From Dicyema japonicum (Eukaryota > Animalia > Dicyemida): a stretch of DNA of 64,000 nucleotides. Every line of letters begins with the position of its first letter. Within the stretch, counting starts at the first letter, position 1. The notes under the pieces are model-generated. The model did not search any database. It worked only from the letters and a program-made list of their open reading frames with translations, and was not told the origin of the DNA. This document shows, piece after piece, positions 36,561 through 47,916 of this stretch. The stretch is from the NCBI GenBank assembly GCA_011109175.1, contig RDEW01000036.1, positions 535,737 to 599,736 of the forward strand, in the 5' to 3' direction. A program made the translations under genes and the position numbers.

Positions 36561-37619
36561 GATCGATTGGGAAGATAACTTATGGGCGGCGAAAAAGATA
36601 GGAGAACCGCCTTTTTTTCAAAAGTGGAAAAAATCTGAGTTGTAGCTCCTGTAAGTGGGGATCAATCCATAAATTTTCATTGTCTTCCACGGAGGAGTGG
36701 GTAAATAGACACAATACGGAGATACTGTCAATTACCGTATCTCCAGTTGGTTCGTGATAATTGTTGTGTGGTTTATTGGTTTTTTGGCATAAAAATCATT
36801 TTTCCGACAATCACACGAGAAGTGGTTTTAATTTGCTTTGATACTACAAAAAGCAAATTGGGGTAGATGCCACAAAGAGGGTCTTCACGACATACCAAAG
36901 ACACACTTCCACCAATAGGTGAGGTAGTTAGTTACTTTGCAGGGTTCGAATCAAAATTAGCCAATTTGAACAAGGATCACACATTTTTTGTGGGGGATGA
37001 AGAGTATGCAGCTCCACCAAGTATTTCTAACCTGAGTAGTTCAAAATCATCAAAGAAAATCCCCTCCATAAGAAAAAGAATAAATTTTTTTGCATCCTTC
37101 GCATCCTGGTTTCCCAAATCAAAGAAATCTCAGACCAAAAGAGAACTCCCAGAATGCGAGAAGTACCACCCCACGTGACTAAACATTTGAGATTTATAGT
37201 ATTCTGAGTCAAATTGAACATAAAACCAGGATCCCAAGCTACTGCAAGCAACAATTCACGATGCCTAATTGGGGGAAGATACCCCAATCCGAACTCGAGT
37301 CCCCCCAATATTTGATGTGCTGTGGTTGCTCTCACAAGTAAGCATTCTTCATGATCTTGTAGATTCAACAATATATCGAGGAGACCTTATCGTCTATTTT
37401 GCTTCCACAACATGTGCGAGCTCTGCATTCTTGAGCAACTGAAATCCTCAATGTGGGTGATTGAGTGTGGGAGTTGTGGTTATGAGACGGAACTGCCAAT
37501 TGCATATCGAATGCAATACCTGAGACTAAATGTTGAAGTTTTGGATAAAATTTCAAATAATAATATTTATTAATTAAACTTTTATTTATTATTTAAATTT
37601 ATGTTACATTGTTAACCAC

Positions 37620-39880
37620 AAAGTAAAGATTCAATTATCCAAGTTGTTAATTGGTCTGATGATAAATAGTGACCATAAAATGGTTATTGGCAAGTTCTCC
37701 TTGAAGAAATACTACATTGGCAGGAAGAACCTAAGTCTAAGCAAAACGCTACCACCTTACCATACCCATGTATATATGACTGAGAAGCTCTGGTCTCAGC
37801 CGCTGCTGGTGACAAACTACCAAAAACATATAGAGAACCACCTATATACATTACCAGCTAATATGACTATACAAGACCTATGGGATCAGACCAAAAGCAT
37901 TATTTGCCTTGCCGCAAACACCCACCTTGGAGTGAGACGGCAGACAACCGGAAATATGTCACTTGGCCATCCAGACTCCTTATTACTGGCAAAACAACAA
38001 CGAGAAATATGGATACAGAGTCTAAACACGACGGATATACATATCAAAAACAAACTACGAACTGAACGAAATATTATCAAGAGAAGAATCATGAAGCTTA
38101 ATAATGAACACTCGAAGGATGTCTTCCTATCACATCTTAGAGAGCTGGAGCAACTAAAGGACAATGCACAAATGTTCGCTGCAGTCCGACTAATGCGAGG
38201 AAAGAAAAAAGCGACAGTACATGTTATGGATGGGAAGGGGAAACTTATCTTAAAACCAGACGAACAGATCGAATTGATTGCTGCCCATTTTGAAAAACTG
38301 TTCAATGCGAACGGCCAAGAACTGGCCCCTTTCATCGGAGAACCGCGGATGCTGGAAACAATTATCACATCTAAGGAAGTTCAGAGTGCGTGCAGTAAGC
38401 TAAAGAATCACAGGAGCGCTGGACCAGACAACATCCCTCCCGAACTGCTGAAATATGGACCTATGCGTCTATTCGAAACCATTGCGACATTGTTAAATGG
38501 AATGTTTACATCCAACTCTGTCCTACCACTGGGGAAAGGGACATTGATACCTATACAAAAGCCTAACAAACCAAAGGGACCACTAGAAAGCCTACGCCCA
38601 GTCATATTGTTAAACACATTACGAAAAGTTCTTGCATCTGTTGCTTTGGACCGCTTAAAACATCCTGCAGGAAATTACCTATCAGCATGCCATAGTGGAT
38701 TTCGTGAAGGAAGGTCGACAGCGGACATTCTGTGGAGCCACAGGTGGCGGTGTGCAACGGCTCAAAGATACAAAAATGCCACGACCATCCTGGGGATCGA
38801 TATGTCAAGAGCTTTCGACACCATTAGCCGACACAAGCTAATGGTTGTCCTTCATCAATTTGTGGACCAATCATTGCTACGGATAATCAGAGTACTTCTC
38901 TCAAGTACTGAACTGTCAGTCCGAATTGGGAGAACTCTATCCCGACCATTCAAAACTACAATCGGCACTCCTCAGGGAGACTCCTCTCTCCCTTGCTATT
39001 TGTGATTTATCTCGAAGCCGCACTACGTGATCTAAGAACATGCTATCAAGGAAAAATATATGAAGTCGTTTATGCAGATGACGTGGACTTTATATCCGAG
39101 GATACAGAAGCCCTCACACATCTGCTGGAAAATGCACCGGACAAACTGGGGGAATGGTTCCTCATCGTTAACAGGGCCAAAACGGAAATCACGGAAATCA
39201 AAAGAATGGACAACATCCTTAATGAACGTTGGCGACATGTTAATAAGCTTGGATCCCTACTGGGGGACACAGAAGACATCATCAAAAGGAAAACACTTGC
39301 AGGAGTAGCAATGCGAAAACTCAAAAAGGGATGGCTGAAAGGACTAGATGTCAATCTGCGGATACGCATGTACAATGCATTTGTGAAACCGATACTGACA
39401 TACAATGCTGGTACTTGGGCCTGTACAGGTGCGGAATCAATGGCTCTCGATGGGTTCCACAGAAAACAGCTTAGAGTATTATTTGGCATGCAGTGGCCGG
39501 CCAGAATCTCGAATACCGGTATTTACAAAAAATGCAAGAGTAGGCCTCTAAGCCTGGAAATCACTGACGCCCGGTGGAGACTGTTTGGTCACGTACTACG
39601 CATGGATCTTGCTGCCCCGGCTAATGTGGCGATGGAGGACCATTTCATGTTCGAGGGCAAATGCTTCCGTGGCAGACCAAGAATGACCCTACCTATCATG
39701 CTGCACAAAGACCTCCAAAGGATAAAGAAATGCCTAAAGACGGGAGACGATCTGGACATGCTGAGATCGACTGCGTGTAACCGTGGAGGATGGAAGAGGC
39801 TAACTAATAACATTGTTTCTTGTATTGCACATGCTTTGCTATAACTATTATGGCAAGGCGATAAGTGCTGTAATAATAAA
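37620..39880 (+). mobile_element. RTE-clade retrotransposon, long 5'-truncated copy with one frameshift
   Basis: ORFs 37644-39005 and 38993-39844: SAGPDNIPPELLK, LRPVILLN, GFREGRST, DMSRAFDT, GTPQGDS, YADD, RWRLFGHVLRMD; (TAA)n tail. Confidence 0.95.
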
Positions 39881-40355
39881 TAATTGGTCTGAGGGTGGAG
39901 GCGCTCTCGTACCTATTGCACAAAATTTTCACTTAGCTTCTTGATTTTTTGAACCGTTAGCTACGGTTGTTCAATGTTGTTTTATCGTATCACTAACGAC
40001 GAAGGTTATGGACAGAAAATTAACAGTCTTCTTTTGTTCGAGAATTTGAGTGAGGGAATTGAACCTGTGTTTGGGTCTTCCTTAAATAAGACGAACTAAA
40101 AACAACTATTCAATTACTACGTTACTAATGCAATCCCGCTATGCTTGGGTCATTACAAATGTCATTCTTAACTTGCTCCTCTCCGTTCCCATAGCTCATC
40201 CAGTCCTTATCTTCTCTAAAGTGTTACCCAATATTTTAGAGATCCCCGTCCATGACCATCGGGAGGAAAGAGTAGTTGTCTATGGACACATGGCTTCATT
40301 CGTCGTTGTTATAAAAAATATAAGTAAAATTATTTTAAGACAAAATGGGCAAAAA

Positions 40356-40935
40356 TTACTCTGTTTTGTAATGAGGATACAAATTATAATTTGGGGGGAA
40401 ACAATTATAATGGGGGACGAACTGTTCACTCTCAACAGTTTCCTGCTTAACAGAACCTTCCACTTCAGGACAATCCGGATAAGAGGACATTTTTCGAATA
40501 TTTTTAATAATTTTACACGTCAAACAGTTCGAAGGGAGATTCTCCTCACTGCAGATGAGGTTCTCCATTAACTTATTTCTCACCTCCCAGGCATATATCC
40601 CAGGATCGTCTTCCAAATAGCATTTTACGGCCTATAATTTACGGAATGGTTTACTTCAATGACGTTGGGAGTTATTTTTTGACATTTACTTCCACCCGAA
40701 GCTTTAGGTAGTATCGACCCCGTTTCAATCCACGTTTTGATTATTTTGTTAATACATGCGTGAGAAATTTGCATCATTTTGCTTATTTTGGACCGTTTAT
40801 AGCCCAGGGAGTAGTAATCTATGATTTGCCGTCTTTTAAATAATTCCAGTGGTCTCCCACTTCTGTAAATTCCTCCGAGTTGATTCACTCTGAAGTCACT
40901 TTGGTCTATTTTACTAATATCGAAGACTTACCCAT
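40356..40935 (-). CDS. Divergent Pax1/9-type paired-box protein, 176 aa, three exons, no frameshifts
   Basis: Exon 1 is ATGG; introns at 40906-40931 (26 nt) and 40632-40654 (23 nt). Spliced product MDQSDFRVNQLGGIYRSGRPL...ETGSILPKASGGSK..ITPNVIE/AVKCYLEDDPGIYAWEVRNKL..CSEENLPS. SILP and DPGI(F/Y)AWE are Pax1/9-type residues. No DDE domain follows. Confidence 0.85.
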
Positions 40936-41569
40936 CCTTAGATTACTCTTCGTAAAAGTTGTAACTTTTAAATAAAATTTTGACGATTGCATTGAATGTA
41001 CTCAAGTGTGTTAGTCGACACGGTTTGCACATTCATTGAACAATTGAACTTTTTAATTGAAATTTATTATTCGATGTAATGACCCACATGTTGTACATTC
41101 ACTGGTTTAACAGTTTGTCTCCACCACCATTTTTTATATTATGTCTCCTTCGCTGCCTTCCTAAAGAATTCTCTAATAATGTCCTAGTCTACTTTAAAAC
41201 ACTTTCATAGTCACGTCTTCAGCTCTACCACCTTAATACAGTGTCAGAGATATTCCCCCAGATCTTAAAGACTCTATAACTCATATCCTCAGTTCTATCA
41301 TTCTAAACCATTTTCTGAGTCATGTTCTCGGCTCTGACACATTAAAACTATCTCAGAGAAATGTCCTTACCTTTACATCTTAAAAACTTTAATAGCAGCG
41401 TAAATATCTTTCAAGACACTATGAAAGCTACGAATCTTCTAGATGACCCTACAAACGAACTCTCAGCAAGTAAAGTCCCCTAAAGGACAATTGATAAATA
41501 TTGCACAAGTTAGTAATGGATGACATAACAACGAATATATAGACACAGTGACCGATATGCCACAATGGA

Positions 41570-42270
41570 GTACGCTGCAACTGAGGACATGTGCATCTAC
41601 GCATTCCAGAGGATGATCAAGAATTTTGGACTACTTGTTGGGGGATTCCAATTCAGTGAAAGGATAAAAAACGAGTTAATGAAAATTCACAGGTGATCCC
41701 TCGGTATAAAACTGGCAGTCGATGCATCATAACTATATACCATGAAAATGACACCATAAAATCGTCAGCAGGGACATTTCTCGGCACCGACAACCTCTCT
41801 GACGTCATCAAAATATCAGTGGACTTGGCGTACTTGTGACCCTAATCGATAGAATGTTCAACAATATGTACAGTTCCATTAAAAGTGAAGAACTAAAGAC
41901 AATAAAGTGTCAGGCATCCATCCCATACGATGTGCAAGAGATTAAGGGCGGCTATAAATTCGTGGAGAACACTGGGATCTACTTCCAGGTCATTCTAAAC
42001 GGCAAATTTATCGACCACATCCTGTTTCCTAGGCAGATTAATAGTTTGTGTGATTATTCTATTTGAGAGTTCATGAACATTGAGGACATTAAGGAATTAA
42101 TTACAGATAAGCTGACTATTACTTTGGATGAATCCGTATTGAGTTCCTTCATAAAGTACATTAAACGATTCAGATTGAGTTCGAGGACAATGGAATTTAA
42201 ACATTTTAAAAAATATTGTAACAGTAATGAATGTGGGAAAACCAATAGTAGATTCTCTCTGATTAAATAA
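41570..42270 (+). CDS. Possible host gene of unknown function; exon structure unresolved
   Basis: A run of open, protein-like frames (about 41706-41835, 41836-42066, 42073-42270) with no TE motifs recognised; needs frameshift or intron corrections. Confidence 0.25.
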
Positions 42271-42399
42271 AATTATGTTTTACTTAATATTTCTCGTTAT
42301 TTCTAGAACATTCGAGAAGTAATAATAATTAAATAATTATTTGGTTACTAAGACCTAACTATAGTCCTGAAAAATCCCTTTTTTAGATCAGGCAAAAGA

Positions 42400-42660
42400 C
42401 ACAACATGGAAGGAGAAAAAATACGAAACGTTGCAAGATCATCGTAGTTGAGACAACTGGAGGAAAATAATCGTAGTTGATACAAATAAGTTGGAAATCG
42501 CTTCGTTTCCTAAAGAAACTTGGACACCTAGCTTCACTAAAAAGCCACGACTCACGTGAGATTCAGTGGGTTCTCCAGCTGATCTCTGTTGCGATAGCGA
42601 AAGACAACTCAACCTCGATTATGTCGGCGAGGACAAATTTTAATTGATTTTTGTGTTTTT
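42400..42660 (+). mobile_element. CRE-like 3' terminal fragment
   Basis: VVETTG...SHDSREIQWVLQLISVAIAKDNSTSIMSA. Confidence 0.65.
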
Positions 42661-45599
42661 GAAAATAAATATATTAATTTTTTAATTTAATAAAATAATT
42701 TTTTAACAAAGAAACAAATGTCAGTTGAAAAAGCCGGCTGCTTGGATTGCAAACGAATATTTTAATTAAAAAAATTCTTACAGAAATTGAATTTAAACGA
42801 TAGTCTTTTTTTACAAAATGTCTTGGAAAGGCGTTTCCGACGTGACAAATAGGAATTGTTTCGAGATTTAAATAACTCAAATAACGAAAATCTGTATTTT
42901 GATATTTCTAATACAACATCTGAAGAAAAGAAATTTTTGATCCTCTTAAAGTTGAAGATTCTTTAAATATTGAATACACTGATAATGAAGATGAAATACT
43001 TTAGAAGATTCACAAAATAGTGAACAAAAATCTGAAAAATAAGACCTGTAAACAAAAAAGATATTGTTGTTAGATTAACTTAAAGAAGGAACTCTTTCTA
43101 ATGCTGAGAATGATCATAAAGTTTTTCTAATTTCTTAATAAGAAGCAAGTATGACTGAAGCAAAGAAAAACATTAAGAATTATGTTTATTTTAATAAAAC
43201 TTAATACGTTTTTGGTTATTAAAAAACAATTTATTACGTATGAGACTAGACTACTTTTGTAATATCGAAAACCTGAATACAATAATAGAATATATTAACT
43301 AAAGTTCAAACAGGAGTCACCAATTCTAACCATTGTCTCAACGAGTCTGACAAAACAACAGATAAACAGGAAATATCCCTCAGCACAATATAAAACGGGA
43401 ATGGGAACTCATCCATATAATTCAGTATCCTAAGGGAACCATCCTCCTCAAACACTGGCACTTAATATCAAATTCAGAGTCCTACAACAAGTAATAACAT
43501 TTACATTATTCTCCTCAGAATCTAAGGCTATAAAAATACAATTTTTGAATATGCTAGCTGCGTCTTCTACGGTGGAGTAAGTTTTTCCTGTCATCTCTCA
43601 AGACAATTTCCCCTTCTGACCAGACTTATTTTGGGTAGATGCCAATTTCGATAAAATTTTCTGTTTTTTATGGAATAAATTTATTAGTGTATTCACATAT
43701 ATATCGATTTCGTAGATCAAAACTATTTTTCAAACTCTATAATTAATGCATGCAAAAAAAACTCAAAATAGTTCAGGTCAAGTTACCTTTGGCATAAATT
43801 TCAAACACTTTTGAATAGAAGGAAGTAAAACAATATCCAATATCCGGAAACAAGTTTTGTAAGCATTGATCTTAGAGTCGGTAGATGGAATGAGAAAATA
43901 AGATATTTTTACAGTGCACCTTTGAAATGGTAATAAAAATGATAGACCTGTTAATTTTAAATGTTTATTATACGAAAGATTTAAAAACGCTGTGATAGAA
44001 AATTCACCAGGATATTTTCTAATAACAGTCTTACCTTTTCAATGACCTTCCTTATTTGAATACGGCATAACAGTTGACGACACGTTAGTATTTTATTCAA
44101 AAACTCTAAAAATTAATAAATAAAAAATAAAAATCAATAAAAATTTTGAACTTTTTTAACTTTATTTGATTAAAAAATCACATTTTTGTTTTAAGCAACT
44201 TTAAAGAACATATGAATTTTTGACTTTATTGACAAAAATCGCCCAAATTATCACCTGAGGCCTCCATACACTGCTGTATTCTCTCTCCACAGACTCATTA
44301 ATATTCCAACCAAAGTCAGTCAAATCGACTGCATTTTTAGCAAATATGTCAGAATTAAATTTTTTATTTTCAGTTCTCTATCACTCTGTTCAGGTGGTTT
44401 ATAATCACTCAAGGGGGACGTGTTCTCAAGACTTTATGGTCATATTCTCACATAAATGTCCATTCTTTGTTTTTCTACAACTTCCTCACAGTCCTCATTA
44501 GGATATAATAATCGACAATGACTACCCGTTATAACTGAAAAGGTTTCCTCATTGAATTGAACACATTCGTCCATTTTAGTTGCAAATTTAATCATTTGAC
44601 GATCATTCTTATCAGTTTGATCATTTTTGTGCACGTGCTGATAGTCTTTCAAGAGATTTGTCTGCTTTATCAAGAAAAATATACAGGATTTTGATGAGGA
44701 CCAATATCTGAGACTCTTTCTTCGTCAGTAATTGGTCGTCGACCTCATCCTTAAAGAGATTTTGTCTTTCCTATTTTGGATTGAAATTTCCCGCCAATTT
44801 ATTCGTCCCCGATGGGTTTCCAGACTCAATGGAAGAGATATTGGGAGTCGAACTGAAGTAACCCTCATAGTCACACTCATAAATGTGGCCGCATTAATAT
44901 TTATAGTCTTAATTTATTAAATTTGTTTGAAAATAATTATAATCTCATCACTAGGACGTTCTATGGTTGAGGTCTCTGCTACATAATTGACATAAATAAT
45001 ATAGGACTTTTACTTGGCGTTAGGAGGAAGCTGAGCACTCTGATGGTATTTCTCCACTCTAAAGTGGAAGCCTAGAGGAGAAGATTAAGGTGAGTTACTT
45101 TTGGTTTAATGTGTCCCGGGAACGCCTTGTAGCTATCCAATGCTACAGCTGTTAAAGATTTAATCTCACAAACTCCCACTACACGTCGCAAGAGAAGTGC
45201 CCATTTTGCGGGGGCGCTCACTCGAAGGAAGGTATGTCAGTTCAATACTGACGGGTACGTAAATGGAGGGAGTGAGAGATCCAGACAAGCTACGTAAATT
45301 TCCCCTCGACTTCAAGTAGGTGCTAATGCACTTGACTTTTTATGTGGTGAGTGATGATGTAACACCATCATACAAAGCTACCGTAGCAGTACTACTTTTC
45401 ATGACTCAGAGATATGTCTTCTACAGAAAGGCATGACAGTGTTAACATTGGATGTTTGGACCATATATGAGGAAAATAAAATTATAGTGTACCGTTGAAC
45501 TAACTTTCATTATTATCTATGGTGGACAGATTTTTATCAGATTCTCGCTCTTTCTATCACAATCTTAGTTTTTATCGGAATCTTAATTTCAAAAAATAA

Positions 45600-45860
45600 T
45601 TTTTGGTTATGAAATAAAAAATTCCAAAGACCATGGTAACACCACTACTCATGTGATTCCGGGACGCTCCAACAGAGACCTCAACTTGGCACGATGTTCA
45701 TCCCTCGAGCTCACACAAACACGTCTCGGGCGTACAGCTGGATGCTCGTAGTCGCATAGGTTCATGCGGATTAGGAAATGTAGAGGTCTTGGAGAGGGGA
45801 CCTTTCCAGAAGTGGAGTTATTCTTGATAGAGTTTTGATAAGATATGAATCTGACCACAA
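45600..45860 (-). mobile_element. GIT-family LINE 3' fragment
   Basis: SSRDEHRAKLRSLLERPGIT* followed by the family 3' UTR. Confidence 0.7.
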
Positions 45861-46467
45861 ATAAAAATTGGATAATTCAAATCAATTTTCCACCAGTCGC
45901 AGACGAAACGTCCGCTTGCATTGTACCTCGACACTCAAATTCCTGTGTCGACTAGGGAATCGGATTTCGACATGCACTGGAGATCACCTTGAGCGCTGCT
46001 AGCTATTAGAGCGAATCTCACTCACAATCCTGAGAGGGATAAGCACGCAGTCATGGCACGACTGACATATGGTCCTAGAATTGATTCTTAACGATTAAAG
46101 TGTTTAATATCAAATTTCGACATTCCTAACTCAGCCTTGCTATCACATGGGTCATTCTTACCTTTATTTATTAACCATATAACATTTATAAAAACCAATA
46201 CTGGGGAAGATACACAAACAGGAGGCATACAAGTCTACGATTCATAATATTCTTAACAGATGTAAATTCTCGCCTCCCTTTTTCGTGTCCATGGACGAAA
46301 TAAAGGAAAGGAGACTTGGATACACTAAGTTTTGAATTAAATATGTCGGATACTCTCCGTGTTCGACACCTGCTGCCATAAAAATAGATTTTGATATTTC
46401 ATCAGAATTGCATAATTGATTACATAAGTGGCGCATATATAAATAAAGAAATTACGCAAATCACAAA

Positions 46468-46737
46468 ATGTGTCCAGAAATCAGACAAATTACGGATGAT
46501 GATATCTTTGAACTAGAAAATGACCCCTCAGTCGCTGCTGTCCTCGATAATTTGGATAGTCTACTGCCAGCACGTGAGGACAGCCATACAAGAAGTGTTG
46601 ACATGATTTTGGTGGATAGTTTAAATTATATTGGATATCTACAAAGTGAAACTTTCGATAGACTATGTGACCTGGAGGGGATGCATGAAAGAGACATGGG
46701 AAATTCCTTTGACCCAACAAATAATGGGAATCAGTAG
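46468..46737 (+). CDS. Small acidic orphan ORF (89 aa), divergent from a second small ORF at 46242-46436
   Basis: ATG-initiated ORF in AT-rich flanks with no TE motifs; no family recognised. Confidence 0.3.
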   Translation: MCPEIRQITDDDIFELENDPSVAAVLDNLDSLLPAREDSHTRSVDMILVDSLNYIGYLQSETFDRLCDLEGMHERDMGNSFDPTNNGNQ

Positions 46738-47224
46738 ATTTTGATTTTTTTTCATTTTTCAACTTTATTCTTTAATTGTGTTTCTTCTGACAATAGCCAT
46801 TGAGATACTATCTCGAAGCCACCCAGTCTCACTCAGTTCCTTGGTAGCACTTTGGATCATTAAGTCGATCCGACGGACTTTAATTTCTCTAAACTGTGGA
46901 TGCTGGTGATACATGCAAGTCATCTTTATATAATTCTTACATTCTATCCATGTACTTTCTAATAGCACCAATGCTTGCTCACACAGCTTGCTACCCCCTG
47001 TAGTGGGGTTCTCCCTTGTCGATTATCAATTTGTCTTTTTTGGTCAACATAAATCAGTCTCTTCCTTATCAAGAGGTTTTTAAGTATCAACGGATTCTAT
47101 AAATCAGTCTTTAGTCATCTATCCCGTATTTATAATTCCAAAATCATTAATTTTTCCAATAAGTAGTTAATTTACAAAAAATAGTAAATAATGAAATATA
47201 CTAGTGGGGCCTCAAAATAAAGTG

Positions 47225-47525
47225 GTTGATTTATTGACTTATGTGGAACGAGTGTCGGGAAACAGGCCTGATGGTCCCTAGATCGAATCTCGCTGAGGCA
47301 CATTTCGACTGAAGGTTCCACGCATCTACGATGCTTTGGCTTGAAGAGTGCTATGAACATTTTTATGCGGAATCAGATTGTCTATAAAGGCATACCAACA
47401 AAAAGAAGCATTCTTGGTTCTCCCTCTACGATTAGTTATAATAACTGTTCTTTACTTAAAGTGTGTGTTCTGCCTGAGGGGAGTTATAGGTAATATGGCT
47501 CTGCGTAAAAGTGCAGAATTATTAA
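47225..47525 (+). mobile_element. Divergent member of the tRNA-derived SINE family
   Basis: Degenerate A/B boxes (TGACTTATGTGG, AGATCGAATC), the shared core GAAGGTTCCACGCATCTACGATGC and the shared 3' block TACGATTAGTTA..ACTGTTCTTTACTTAAA..GTGTGTGT.CTGCCT. Confidence 0.75.
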
Positions 47526-47916
47526 ATGGAAATACTGGTGGAATAATATCTATAAAATTGATTTTATCTTTCACATAAACCCTAATCTTATCTTTTATCA
47601 TCAGTGAGACAGTCTCTAGTGGGGCCATAGACATATTAAAGGAGGGAATTGGTGTAGTATCTTTAGCTTCATACGGAGGACCCATAACAATAATATTCCT
47701 CCTGGTTTTCCTGTCTTCTACAGCACTTCTTCCGGTTTCATGCTTCAGGTGCACATATAAACGGATCGCAGGCTGAATCAGTATCATGCGTGAATCAGCA
47801 AGTTTGTACACGTCTATAAGTCTGGATCTCCAAAGATCTCTGATACACAATGAGACTGGTGATATAAAGTCATAACGTGATCGACATCGCCTTGCATGCC
47901 TTGCTTCTGTATAGAT

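Noticed and set aside
40130-40300. Med9-like gene (DNYSFLP motif) on the minus strand
   Set aside because: Only a short motif matches and I could not assemble a consistent spliced frame.
40128-40571. 147-aa plus-strand ORF, and likewise 55066-55500(+), 55074-55616(-), 26560-26784(-), 37886-38368(-) and 39070-39489(-)
   Set aside because: These are antisense or alternative-frame shadows of real genes, repeats or RT ORFs.
40625-40888. Paired-like DNA-binding domain of a Tc1 transposase
   Set aside because: No DDE domain or TIRs follow. Pax1/9-type residues and the exon structure favour a host gene, pending phylogeny.
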